A stretch of DNA of 64,000 nt from Camelus ferus (Eukaryota). The position numbers and the translations under genes were made by a program. The notes under the pieces were generated by a model. The model was not told where the DNA came from and searched no databases. It was given only the letters and a program-made list of their open reading frames with translations. The stretch lies in assembly GCF_009834535.1 (NCBI RefSeq), contig NC_045696.1:29576001-29640000 (forward strand). Reading direction: 5' to 3'. How positions within the stretch are numbered: position 1 is the stretch's first letter; each line of letters opens with the position of its first letter. This document shows positions 36,001 through 49,355 of this stretch, piece by piece.

Positions 36001-39000
36001 GAGTATGATGTCAAATAATGACTACATATGAGATATGAAACTCGAGATAAGCATTTGGACGCTGTCTTGTCAGCTGACAGACAGTGATGATGGGCAGAAG
36101 TAGCGGTAAACAACAGAGGTCTCACGACAGAGCTGTTTACTTTCAACCTTTCTAGTGGAGGTGTATTTAAATTATTAAACATAGATACTCCCATCTTATG
36201 TAGGTAGCAAAGGCACAGAACAGCAAATGAACTTTGATCTCCAAGTGTGGTAAGCCCTCTGGAGAAAGAGGAAATCTTCTCTGACAATGCAGTCGATAAA
36301 GCACAGGTCAGGGAATTACGCATCTGACTTCAGCATGAGGCTCAGAGAATAACCATGTGCTGAGATGCAGTGACCTATGGCTCACTGTTTTCACATGCAT
36401 ATATATTTCATATATATACATGCCCATGAGATTTTTTTCCAATCATGGGCACACTGAGTTAACTCGAGGAAATTTCTGGCTTACTGGCATATAGAACAAA
36501 CTAAAAGATGAAAGACTGAAGAGTAAAAATAACAACAACAAAAAACTTTAAATCGAAGAGGGTTAAAAATTAATGTTGACATTTAGCACACATTTAACTG
36601 TGCTACTCAATGAAAGAATTCAGCTTAAATGTAAATATTTAAATCATGAAAAAATTATATATTAAGTACTTTACCATGAGAAAAAGGTCCTGTAGGCATA
36701 TCATTGTTCATTATTATTTGAATTCATTATTATTACTTGTCCAAAGTGCAAATACTTCTATTAAATATAACCAAAAATAAAACCCACCTAAAGAGTCACA
36801 AAACATAATTTTCTTACTTTTTCTGGCACAGCATTAAAAGATCAAATACTAAATACTAAAATCTCTCTTAAAAAATGCCTACATAATTAGAAGAAAAAAG
36901 CAGTAAAATACTCTTACTTTTAAAATACTCCTGAAGAAAAATAAAAGTGTTCAACTCTCCAGACTTCATAATCGTATTTAAAATCTACTATGCCCACACT
37001 GAAGCACAAAAGAATAAAGGATTCTAAAATAAGTGCAAGATATCTCACAGTACATGGATACAAGAAAAAGAAAGTTTGCTAATACATTGAAAGTAGTTCT
37101 AGAATCAATATTCACATAAAGGGAGCAATCAGAGAACAGGTATTTAAGGACAGTCTAATTTTCTAGATACCTGTGATTCACTTCTATAAGCACTAAAACG
37201 GAAAGAGAAAGAGAATATGTTTTATGGTTATCCTTCTAAAATGTATTATACATTCCCTTGTGGCCTTAACAGAGGGAATTAAACACTTGTGGAAATTGAT
37301 TTGTATATGCTGAACTGTGACATGTCTGGAATGGGAAGATTTCCCCCTGAATTCAGTAAAAAGAATATTAGACTTTTGTATCTGTCTTTGGCAGCACTTT
37401 TCAGCCCTGGATGTGCAATGAGAACTACCTGAGAAACATTTTAAAATAAAGATGCCCGAGCCCTATTCCTGTCCACTGTCACTGCTCTACCTGTCACCCT
37501 TGACTTCCATTCTGTGGGCTACAGTCCAGTATCCTTAGGAGATAAAAGCTAGACCTGAGAAAGCAAGAGACAAGTAGCTGCAGGGACCAGGGTTCCAATA
37601 ATAAAATTATCGATTTTTATTTTTTAAAAAGTTGTCATTGAAGGAAAGAAAACTAACACCAGAGTTTACAGGGAATATATTTTCTAAACCTTGATAATAA
37701 TAAACACCTTTTCAAATGACAAAATGTATTTTGAAGTAAAATTTGTCTCAATCTCTGCTTTGAATCTTTAATGTATTTCTTTTTCAGTAATAATTTACAA
37801 TTTGTTTTCAAGTTTCATCTCCCTAATTATTCCCAATCATTTTGTAAATTCCCCTCACTTCAATCCCTAAAGGCAACCAGGCTAGCTCAAAATTTATTCA
37901 TTTGTGGTCCTGAGTATACCCCATGAATCTCCTCACATGATTTAGTTATCAAAAATTTTCCACTGTACTTAAGAAGGCCTCATAAAAGAGTACGGTGAAT
38001 CTACTCAAGTTTCTGATTTTAACCCTCTAGCTTAACCCACCATTTAAAATATTTCACAATTTCTATAGTATGTATTACATAAATCATTTTGCAAAATAAT
38101 ATTTGTCATGGCTACTTTAGCTGCCATTACTAAAACTGGATGATTTCCTTTTCAATACTGTGTTCTTAGTAATTCCATTTACAATCTTTATTTAAAAGTT
38201 GTAGATAATGTTAGCTCTTTCGTCAGCCAAACCGCTTCCTGGCATTTCTTCCTGTAACAGAAAGGATGGAAAGCTTAAAAGAGAGAAGATGGGTGAGGGG
38301 GAGCAGGAGGTGGGGGCCAAGGAAAATCTGAAACTAAACTGAGATTTCAAGCAGTACCCTTACCTTGAAAAATAAGAGAAAGATGCTTTGACCTAAGGTA
38401 GCACATGATTTTAAAAGAACACATCAAATTTAGATTATGAGACACTGCAGTCAAAGTAAGTTTGATAAAAGAAGTGGAAACACAGGCTCATGTGAGGAAA
38501 AGCTGGAGGTAGAACCTGGAAAGTGGCGGCCTAAAGACCTGGAGGAGAATGGACCAGATTTCAAGATTAGATGGGCAGAAATAGAAAACTCCTAAGATAC
38601 ATCTAAAACGTACCAGCACTATGAAGACAAACAGTACATACAGTATGCCCAAACCTGAGCCTACAATGACCCAAAAATGCTTTGAAAAGATAAAGAAAGC
38701 ACCTGTAGGATTAATTTCTTCAGATGTTATTATTACTTTTGATATAATTATTAACTTGAAAATGAGTTCATGACTCAGAAACAAATGGAAGGAGTGATGT
38801 TCAGCTGAGAAGCAACTGTTCATGACACAGCCTCTAGCTCCTCTAAGGAAAGACCGTATTTACAGGTTAGCTTACAACTGCTTTAATCATCAAACAAATA
38901 TTTATTAAAAGTACCCAAAGTAAAATTACCTATTTGCCAGAAATAATGTTTTAAGATTTAGAGGTGAGTGAGGTGTACTTTCATGTCTGACTTACAGATT

Positions 39001-42000
39001 CATTTGAAAGAATGACAAAAATATTTGCATGAACAGAGATTTATAAAAATCACCCACTGTAATTAGCAGTGTAAGATACAATGGATTATTATTTCATTAT
39101 TATCATCACTTCAAACCTCTCAACATGACTGTTTGCAAATGTGACTTCTTAAGTCAATGAAATAGAATTAACTGGTCATCATACACTAAAAATATTTAGC
39201 AGAATGACAGAGTAAATCTTGTTCAATATAAATATGCAAATATCAATGACACATATTTACAAAGGCAACAAACAAAAGCCATTACCTGTATATTCTTTAA
39301 TTTATACTATTTCATTAAATTCTAATTTGTATATAAAATAAAGCCTATTCTGAGAGTTTTCCCCTTAAATTCAAAGCCAGTTCACAACCATGTTTCATAA
39401 TAGTAATACATATATTTATATATACACACATATATATTCACATATATTATTGTTGTATGAGCTTCACTTAGATACTATAGGCTGAAGTAGTGATTTCAAC
39501 CTCTTAGGAACACTTATTAAATAATTACATTCTGCAAGTAATTTACGAAAATTAAACAAACAAATGAAAACTACCAAATTGATATTAGACATGATAATGT
39601 TTAAAGCAAAACAACGTACTTTCACTCTTGCAAACTTTATTTTTATGTTACATTTAATTAGTCTTCTTGGGATATGGTAACGGTTAATTGAAAATCTTTA
39701 AACCTGAAGTACCTCGTCATAGTCTATATATAAAGTTACAAAGGAGTACACAATAAAATCTAAGACCATATCTAGCAAGACACTCAACACCACTAAAAAA
39801 TTTACAAGTAAATTCAGAGCACTTCAAAGAGTCAGATGCAAGCAGCAAAGACGGTAGACAACAAAAATGCCATTCGAAGCAATGGTAGTGAAGGCCAAAC
39901 ACTGATTTTAATACCTCAAGAAAGTACAACATTATCATAAAATTACATTAGCTATTAAAAGAAACAGATTTGTGAGATATCCATTAAGTATATTAATAAG
40001 CTTTTATTTCTTTTTATAATAGTCAGTTATGCCAAGGTAGAATGCTTAGCCAGAGTAAATACTCATTTCCAGCTTGTAGATATCACTCCATTCATATGAG
40101 TATGGAGTTTATTTAAGTAAGTAAAATAGCAATGTGCCTTTTGAGATTTGAGATTAGGAAATTGGGAACCAACAGGCATAGAATAATCACATTTTTATGA
40201 TTTTTTTAAAGTATATAAGTACAGAGAGAGACAGAGAAACAAGGAGAAAGATGGTCTATAACTGCCTAGAAGTAGATCAGGAAGAATATTGACAAAAACT
40301 AAAACAGAGGATGGTAGTAGTGAGCACCAGGCTGTTAATTTTGAGAAGAGCTACTTTGCTATTTTCTTTCCATATTTCTTAATTGTTTTGAGTTCTGTTT
40401 TTTAAAATATTTTATGAATCATGTTTAATAATTACAAAAGAGGTAAAACTGACTCTCTTTAAATAAAAATAAAAGCATTTCAAATATCAAAATAAAGTTT
40501 TCCTGGGTTGAAACTCATAAAACGGCCTGTAGTTCTCAAACCTCAACAAATATATATGTGCATATGCATATGGAAGTTTAACTTTGTTATTAATGCTGGG
40601 AAATTCCAAAAGAAAACCATTCCAAAGAAAAATATTCTTTCTGCATCTATATCCTCAGGAAGTTATGAAAACTGAAACTGTAGTGAATAATTTAATCTCA
40701 ATCAAAATGCCATGCCTCTGCTTTCCAAAAGAGGGAGATATAGCTCCACTGCCACAAATGTATCAATTTGACACATAAATAATATAATTGAACCATACAA
40801 CTTATTGAGTTACTGAAATAAAATAATTTCAAGAAAAAAACTTTATGTGTTTATTTTAGCCTTCTGATTTTAATTGCCTAGAGAGCACAGTAAAATCTAT
40901 GAAAAATATCATGATCCACAATAAAAAAATGGAAGTTGCTCCAGCTCTTTTATGGAGCTCTCAATTGTAGAATAAAAATATGACAGAAGTCTCATAGTGT
41001 TTGGATTTCGAAAAAAAAAAACACAGATTCAGAGACCACAGATGTTATGGTTACTAAAAATTATGGGTTCTGATTATTCCACGAAAATCAGATTTAATAT
41101 TGTTCAGAAAAACTAGAGATAAAATGTTATCCATTTCCTGCAGTGATTATTAAAAATATGAATATTAAGTGCTATACCTGGGGGCTTTCTACTAAAAGCA
41201 TTGTCCACAAATCTTACTTTATATTTGAAATCAAATCTTTAAAAAAAATGCATTGCATCTTTTGGGGGGAAAAAGAATATATTCTACTTTATAAATTAAA
41301 AAAAAAAAGAATATGAATCAATGAATTTAAAGGATTAAAGGAAAAATATTTGTGCTATATCATGACCAAAGAAGATACACCAATGACGAAAGAAGGGATA
41401 TCAGCATCACATCCGAGATATTAATTGAACTTGATAAAAGTAATGGCATTGCTTCATGGAAAAGTATATCCTAAAAAGAATGTGAAATCTTTCTAGGTTA
41501 AATATACACACATATACATGTAAATGTAAAATGCAAGCAAGCTAAAACAGTTGAAAACAGGGCACCTATTTATTCAGGATGCTATTTACCATATTTATTT
41601 ATTTTACCCACTCTGTATGTAATTACAGTTAAAAATAGATCAAATCAAATCACCAAGTTTCCACACATTTAAAAATAATAAGGTTTGAGCCAGTTGATTA
41701 CCACAGTTCTCCCAACTTCAGCGTGAAGTCCGTATATTGCAGAGGATAAAACAGAAGGTAAACATCTCAGCTTGATTATTGTTTCAGCCACTTATGACAT
41801 CAGACAGCCTAGTCAACATCCACTTCTTCAGCTAAAACTGGGAATAATGATAGTATCTGTACCTCATAGGACTGTTAAACAAGGGTTAAACCAGAACAAG
41901 CTGTTAAGCAAATAAAATGTTTAAAATAGTATCTTTCAAATACAGAATACTCAAATGTTTTTAATTCAAACAACAATTGTGAGTCTAACAATTTAAACAA

Positions 42001-43702
42001 AAAAAAGGAGAACAGTATCCCTGGAAGACTATCCACAGTCACGAGAAATACTGCAAATAAAAACATCTCTGCTAATAATGTTTTCTTACACCTTCAGCAA
42101 GGACAGATCTCATCTGCGACGAGAATGAGCGAACTGGTATTCTGTAGACTTAGATTTTACTAACATGAAGAGATGCATGATCTTGGGCAACCTATAACTT
42201 CCTTAAAATTCAATTTTGTTAACTAAAATAAGAATATTGGACAAGGATGATCTCGAAGGTTCGTTCTTGCTTGCAAATTCAAGAATGCTCATTATGAAGA
42301 GAAAACAAATTACGTGTATGTGTACATACATATATGCAGATATAGAAATAGATAGCGAACAGGATAATAAGAAAAGAATAAAACAGCAGATGTAAGTTCT
42401 GAGGCTATGTGAAAAATCGATGTTTAATCATAATGTTATTTCAATAAGGAAGGAACTTCTAAGCCATTTTGAAGAAGGAAATTGATTTGGAAAGGCAGAA
42501 TACAGAAAATGGGCTAGTCTAGGGAAGGAATGGAATAAAGTAGATAACCAGAGGTGGAAAAAACAAATCCAAAGAGAACAGCAAAACCTGATTCTAGAGG
42601 ATTACACAAACCTTCAAATAAGAAACTGGCACACCGAATAGAAGGAAGTTTAAAAGAATTATTTAGTTAATAAAGAAAATAAAAACAACACACTGAGGAG
42701 CTTAGGACTGAGTTAACGGCTAAAAACAGTGTCAAGTTCAAGATAAAAGTAATACTGACTTATACCATTAGATCATTTTTATCCTTTAAAGGTGTCTTCA
42801 CAAAGTCATTGGTTGTGACATGTAAAATATAAACATACTGAACAAATAAACCGAGGAACCAGGATATAAAATCAATAAGCTAATTACTAATAGTTAAACC
42901 ATAACCCAAAGCACTTGACCCCAGCCCAATATTAATTCTATAAGGCCAATGCTTCCAAACCTGTCACCCATCAAATCATCAGAAGCTGTTTAAAAGTACA
43001 GAGCCCTATTTCTTTGTGATGCTGATACAAAGCTGTCTTTGAAAACTACTGTCTTTTGTGGTGGAAATGCCACTGGAGTAATTTAGACAAAAGGCAATAC
43101 AGGCTGGAGCTACCAATGAAAAGAATAATATTCAGGAATTTCTACAGAAGTAGAATCAGCTAAATTCCTCCACTGAATGTAAAGGAAATAGACAAAGGTA
43201 AAAGAACTATAAGTTTATAGGCAGACGAGAGGATTGCAGACCCTTTAAGAGTGGTAAGTAAGTTGGAAGGTTATACTGGTTTACAAATGAGAAGAAAAAA
43301 AAAAAGCTTTGTTTCCTCATATTAAATGCCCATTTTACAGTCAAATCTCATCAGATTTTGAAATATACACATATAACTGAAAGATATATGAATTTTTTGC
43401 AATATGTTCAGAGTTTTTTTTCTGTCAAAATTAAGCAATTTAAAAAGCTACGCGCAATATCTGAGTGTATATGCATGAATATACTTCATGTTTATATATA
43501 GGTTTACTTTCTCTCATCCCCCAAGGCCAAAAGTTTACATGCACTGTTGAAACTCAGAGCTAAAAAGTTAAACTATATTGATTTCATCATTTACTCTTCT
43601 AGGGAAAAAAAAAATCTTACATTAAAATATTTAAGCCAGTAAAACAGAATGGTCTAATAATTCTATACTACAAATGTCCTTATTTTCAGATACGTTACTT
43701 TC

Positions 43703-43851
43703 TTTTGGCGGGGGTGGGGTGGGGGGTGGTGGTGGTGGTAATTAGTTTCTTTCTTTCTTTCTTTCTTTTTGAATGGAGGTACTAGGGACTGAACCCAGGA
43801 CCTTGTGCATGCTAAGCATGCACTCTACCAATGAGCTATATAGCCTCCCCC
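43703..43851 (-). mobile_element. tRNA-derived SINE (Vic-1-like), second copy
   Basis: 'atggaggtactagggactgaacccaggaccttgtgcatgctaagcatgcactctaccaatgagctata' is homologous to the copy at 31500-31618. Confidence 0.9.
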
Positions 43852-45034
43852 TCAAATATTCATTACATTCAAAGTTTAATCTAATTTAAATTATTATCCT
43901 TCAAGTAGGCCTAGTAGAAGCCTTCTTTTCCTAGATAAGTAGGGATCATTTATAAATAACATAAAGCCGTCTAAGTAAAGCAACTATTTGCTTGGTAGTA
44001 TACAATTTAGGTGTGTGCATTACCCTGTAATAAGGCTGAAACATAATAAATATATGGACACTTTTGCAAAGGCATCTCTCTTAGAATACATTCCCATTAC
44101 CCATTAGACTAAGAAATTTGTTTTATCTGTATATTACTTATAAGTTATGGTAAACTAAAATAATATGGTTTAGGCAAATTTCAGTGTAGTGTGTTTAAGC
44201 AATCACATGAAACACAAAATAATTGTACCCAATGGTGAGTCAATTTATAGTTGACAAGCTTCAGGAGTTATAAGCAGAAACAGACAAATTTGTTCTCGCA
44301 ACTTGTTAGAGGTCACTGGGAAGACTATGGGAATTGTCTTCACCAAAATATGAAAGACTCAGTTGGTTACTGGATGGACAAAAATGTGTGTGCAATATGA
44401 GAACAGTATCCAAGTTCATTCCAGTGCTCACCGTTTAATACATTTCCTATGATACGCATTTTCACATTGATTAGATCTTATTGATTATTCACATCCAGTC
44501 CCTGTATTTGATTAGTCTCAGAAGAACTAGCTTTTCTCATTTCCAATAGTTATTTTCTTCATTAAGGATTCTTTATCCATTTTCACTGTGGTAGTTTCAT
44601 TTTGGCTCACAATCTCCTTGATCTCACCCATAACATTTCATTAAGATTTCTTTCAAAGTTGTATAGAGATTTTATACATAGTTTCAAGATTCCTAAAATG
44701 TAAACTTTGAGTTAAGAAAATGAGTGCTCAAAAGCACATAAAATTCCTTATATAAATAAGTGCTGGGCAAAGCACACAGTTTCCATAAACACTCCTGCGA
44801 ATTTTCATACGTTGCTGGAGTAATCCCATGAACACACCAACTGAATCTCAGGAAACAGAGCATTTTGTAGCGAGGGAACTAATGCTGATTTCAGACTCAT
44901 CAGATACTGCCTTTTTATACAATTTCTAAAATATCTGGCCTGTATTCACAAAGTCTACAAAGATGTGAGTATTAAAGGCTAAATAAAAATGGTCTCTCTG
45001 CATATGCATGGAAAAGAAAAATATTTGAGATTAT

Positions 45035-45235
45035 AGAGTATTACTAAGTACCAGGAACTGTGGTAAATGCCTTTTCTCTCCCACCAATTCTATGGGTTAA
45101 GTACAATTATTATTCCCAGTTTACAGGAAGAGAATGACTAGCCAAAGTTCACCTCATTAGCAGGTATTGGAAAGGGCAAGTGAACAAAGGCAGTCTGGCT
45201 GGAGTCCATGCTTGTATAAATCACACTATTACCAC
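45035..45235 (-). mobile_element. MIR SINE
   Basis: It contains 'tactaagtaccaggaactgtggtaaatgc', 'attattcccagtttacagga' and 'ggcagtctggc'. Confidence 0.65.
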
Positions 45236-46317
45236 CACTCAAGAGAACATGGAGATACGTATCCCCTGAAATGCAGGTAGTATTGGCACCAATATAATGT
45301 CAAAGCCAAATAATAGGCAGAGTGCACAGGAGTAATGTCACATGGTATCAACTACGTATTAGATACTCAGTTGAGACATGGTACTGCACTGAATGTCATT
45401 GGGCAGTACACTCCAAGGAAATGATTTGTTCTATCAATTGTATTACGAGAGAACAAACATTTAAATTATGAAATATGTACCTGGAGAAAATAAAAATAAT
45501 CACTATATTATTTATTATGGATATGAAAAATCAGCAAATTGAAATCTACATAGGTACTATTTTTTGAAACCTATTAGAAATTTTTAAATACAAACTGGGG
45601 GGTAGTCAAAAGGCTCAGTTATGTAACTTGTGAAAGCCATAAATGACATATAATGAACTTACATATTCCAAAGTCTTTTTTATCTAATTCACTACACAAA
45701 ATAATTTTTCATGATATACAGCTAACAAGACAGTAGGTGGACTCTAAAATTAGTGAACATTGACACCAACTTCTACTCCAATGCTTTGCCTTTAAGAAAA
45801 CTGCTGTAGCAGGACTCCTAGAACTGACTTGATAAAAGTGACTACATGAATTCATGTATCCTAATCTTGTTTTGGGGGAGAGGGGCTGAGGAAGGTCTCC
45901 ATGACTTTAAAGAACTCTGCAACTCTGATGGTATAAGTTTCACTGAATAGGGTTATTTGATGTGGGAAGTAAACTAAAATAGCACACTTTGGGTAGTGAG
46001 AGGAAAAATTTTAAAGGCATTCAAGTGTTTTCCTGGTCTGAGTTTATTTCTCTACCCAACAAAATAAAACATAGTATCTTGCTCAAGCTCCTGTTTCTTC
46101 AACCTGGCCCATACTCTTCCTCGTTAGAATTAAAACAGTTGTATAAAACTGATCAAAATAAAGCCAACATGTATTTGCAAGGGACCACAAGATTTACAAA
46201 TTCAAAACAAAACAAAACAATGAAAGAAAAGAAAAAAAAAACAAGATTGGAGGACACAGCTCTGTTTTTTAAAGCATTGTCAACTAACAGTACATACTAA
46301 GCAACAGCAGAGTTCTT

Positions 46318-46475
46318 TGAACAGTTCTCAGAGTGTGGTCCCTGCCCCAGTAACACTGGTAGTATCTGGGAACTTGTGGAAATTCAACTTGGCAAGCTCA
46401 TCAGACACCCTGGGCCGTGTCTTTTAACAAGGCTGCCAGGTGTTCCTGTTACAAGGTGAAGTTTGAGAATCAGTG
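46318..46475. mobile_element. MER5-like hAT MITE
   Basis: The termini 'gttctcagagtgtggtcc' and 'gaagtttgagaatcagtg' surround 'tctgggaacttgt' and 'ttttaacaagg'. Confidence 0.75.
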
Positions 46476-47649
46476 CTTTGGTACTGACACACCGGATTTT
46501 TTAGACATGCAAATCAACAGCACAGATGTGGGAAGGGAGACTTTATGAATAAAGGCAATATCTATAGGATGTTCACCACAGTGTATGGCCTGAAGGCCAT
46601 GCAACTTGGTGACACTGAGCTGGGAGCAGGGCAAGATCCCTAGAGCGAGAAAGTTTACTGATGGTTGTGCTTAAAAATGTTTAACCAACTTACCAGTTTC
46701 AAAGAGTAATCTTCTGTCTAAAGCTCTTCCAATACTATGAGAAACAGTTTAAAAATCACTTTCATTTATTACTATAACTTTACAGATAAATGCTGGCTCA
46801 CACCCTTTCCTTCTTATCTGATCTTCCTATAGAACTTAATTTTTTTTTTTTTGAAAAGTGAAGATTTAAATATGTGCATTAAAAAATGCTCACCACCAAC
46901 ACACAAAAAAATTAGAGCCGATATCTATTTAGCTTTGTTATGAAGAGAAGGGAAGTCATTCTTCTTGAACCCCACGTTAAATTTTAGGTATCTCAACTGT
47001 GCCCATCCAGCTGTCCTATGAATTCTCTGTCACCAGAAGCGGTAGGTCTACATGCTCAATTTTGCTATTCAAGAAAATCAGGTTAGAGCCCGGCTGCTGT
47101 CAGTTGCAGATTCTGCTTAGTATGCTTTTACATCCCACACTGCTGTATTTACACGCAGTGTTTTCATTAAAATCCTACTCTTATTTTATGCAGAAATTAT
47201 TGTCAAACTAAAAATAGCATTAAAAGTAAGACTGGCATTTCATGATAATTTGGACATCCTTCAAAATGTGGCACAATTCTAAGCCTCACATAATATCTAA
47301 TAAATTCCAGACTGCTTTAGGATTTTACTTTCATTTTATTTGTTTAATGTTGTTGTTTGCAGTGATCTAAAGCACGCCATTATGATTTCACACTATTAAT
47401 AATACTAGCTATATCCTTGAGTGTGTATTACTAATAATATCAGTCATATCCTCCAAATTTTTTTTAGAATTAAGAACACTACACTTTTGCTAAGTTATAA
47501 TGAATTAACTCAGAAAAGTTTTAAAACTATGTGTTTCTATAGCATAGAAAAAAGGATATATTATTTACAGTTGATCAGGTAAGTATAAAAAAAGAACATT
47601 TCTAGCACAAGGTTAATTCTTCCATTTCCTTAAAAAGTTCCTTTTAAAT

Positions 47650-48080
47650 GGCAATGGCAGTCAACCCTCTATTTTTCCTTTAAATAAAACAGAACCTGAT
47701 GAATTTTAGCTGGACAAATGGTCCCGAAGGTAAAACCACATTTCCCAACATTCCTTGCAGCTAGGATGGTCAATGTAACAATGATCTGGACAAAAGGATG
47801 CATACAGAAATGATATGTTTACATCCTTAAAAGAGAATGCCTTGACCTTGTTTTTCTCTTCCTGAAGGAAACACAGAGAAATGGTGAGTATTGCCTATCG
47901 TGTGGATAACACACTTGGAGGCAGAAGACCAGTGGGATGTAAGGGACCTGGTCTGAACATACACATATAGGAGAAGCAGTTTATCCACCGAATACCTACT
48001 GACCCGGATTTTTACTTCAGACAGAAACAAATCACCTCTCTCAATTAAGACACTGTTATTTTGATCTTTGACAAAGTAAA
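47650..48080 (+). mobile_element. Old MaLR LTR (MLT1I/J/K-like)
   Basis: It contains 'ccacatttcccaacattccttgcagctaggatgg' and, near the end, 'ttaagacactgttattttg'. Confidence 0.65.
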
Positions 48081-49094
48081 ATCACCAATATTTTACCTGA
48101 TTAGATGACTGAGACATAAACAACCTTAATAAAGAGTAATAAACATGCAAAGTCAACCAACTGTGGTCCTGGGCCAGCAAAACACATTATAATCCAAATA
48201 TAGGGACTAGCATGATGGAACATTCGCTTCATCTGGCTCACTCACACCTCATTTGGTTTTCTTAACCACATTCGTTTCTGACTCATCCATCCATCCTCAG
48301 TCCAGCCACACAAGCTTTACAAGCAATTGGGTTTCTTTCATCCCCTATCCTCAGCTTTTCTCTGTGGATACTTTTAGTCTGTTACTTCTTTAATTCTGTA
48401 ACGTTACTGATCTCCTTCCAGATACCATGCATTGGTCTCACTGAGCCACCAGGACCTCACTTTCTGAACCTTGCCCTTTCAGAGCAGCCCCCAGACTGAC
48501 TAGTCTGGCCAGAGAGGTAAAACATAGACGTGTTTTCACATGAGGCATAGGGACCAGTCTAGATTTAAAAAGTAAAATCCACCTTGCCTTGTCATGTTCT
48601 GGCGTCTATAACTATAAAACTAACTACAATTATGCATGTGTACATACATACATACATAATGACTAGCATTATCATGAAATCAAACTGTGTCAATCTGTGT
48701 GCAGTCTCCTTTGAGGATCCTCACTGTTAGCTACCCTCCCACTGATATCATGATGTCTAGTTATGATTCTATAAAATACCTACTAGAAATATATACATAT
48801 AATATACATGTGTGTGCATGTGTGTACAAATGTGTCTGTATATACTTAAATAACTATATTATGTATAGTATATGTTCTACTGAATATTTCTAATAATTAA
48901 AAATGTCAGATTGTCTTCTGTGTTCTCCCAAATGTTTTACTGTCATCGCCACTTGCTCACAGGAAAACATGTACTCTAAAAAAAATATTAGGATTTGCAA
49001 AGGTTTATCACTTTAGCCAAAGGCTATGCTTGGTAGTGTTTTTAAACATAGTTATCAAGAAGTCACAGGAACTATAATTAAACTAATAAATTAT

Positions 49095-49355
49095 AGCAGT
49101 GTAACATAATGTTATGTTAAGAACACAACCTCTATAGTCAGACTTCCTGGATTTGAATCCCATCTCTGCCAGCTATCAGCCAGCTATGTGACTTGGAGCC
49201 AGTTATGTAATTTTTCTGTGCCTCAGTTCCTCATCTGAAAATATGGGAATGATGATAATAAGACCTTCCTGATAGGGCTGGTATAAGGGCTAAATAAACT
49301 AATATTCATAAAGTATTTAAAATAGTAACTGGTGTATAGTAAGTGCTAACTGATA
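49095..49355 (+). mobile_element. MIR SINE (near full length)
   Basis: Reads 'agtcagacttcctggatttgaatcccatctctgcca...tgtgacttgg...tctgtgcctcagttcctcatctgaaa...tagtaagtgct'. Confidence 0.9.

Noticed and set aside
43706..43739. G-quadruplex-like tract
   Set aside because: It is the expanded C/G-rich tail of the SINE, with no evidence of function.
44380..44700. Possible fossil exon or pseudogene on the minus strand (acceptor-like tttacattttag followed by coding-like sequence)
   Set aside because: All three frames contain stops and I cannot recognise the peptide. It may be an old transposon remnant, which a tBLASTx or Dfam search would settle.
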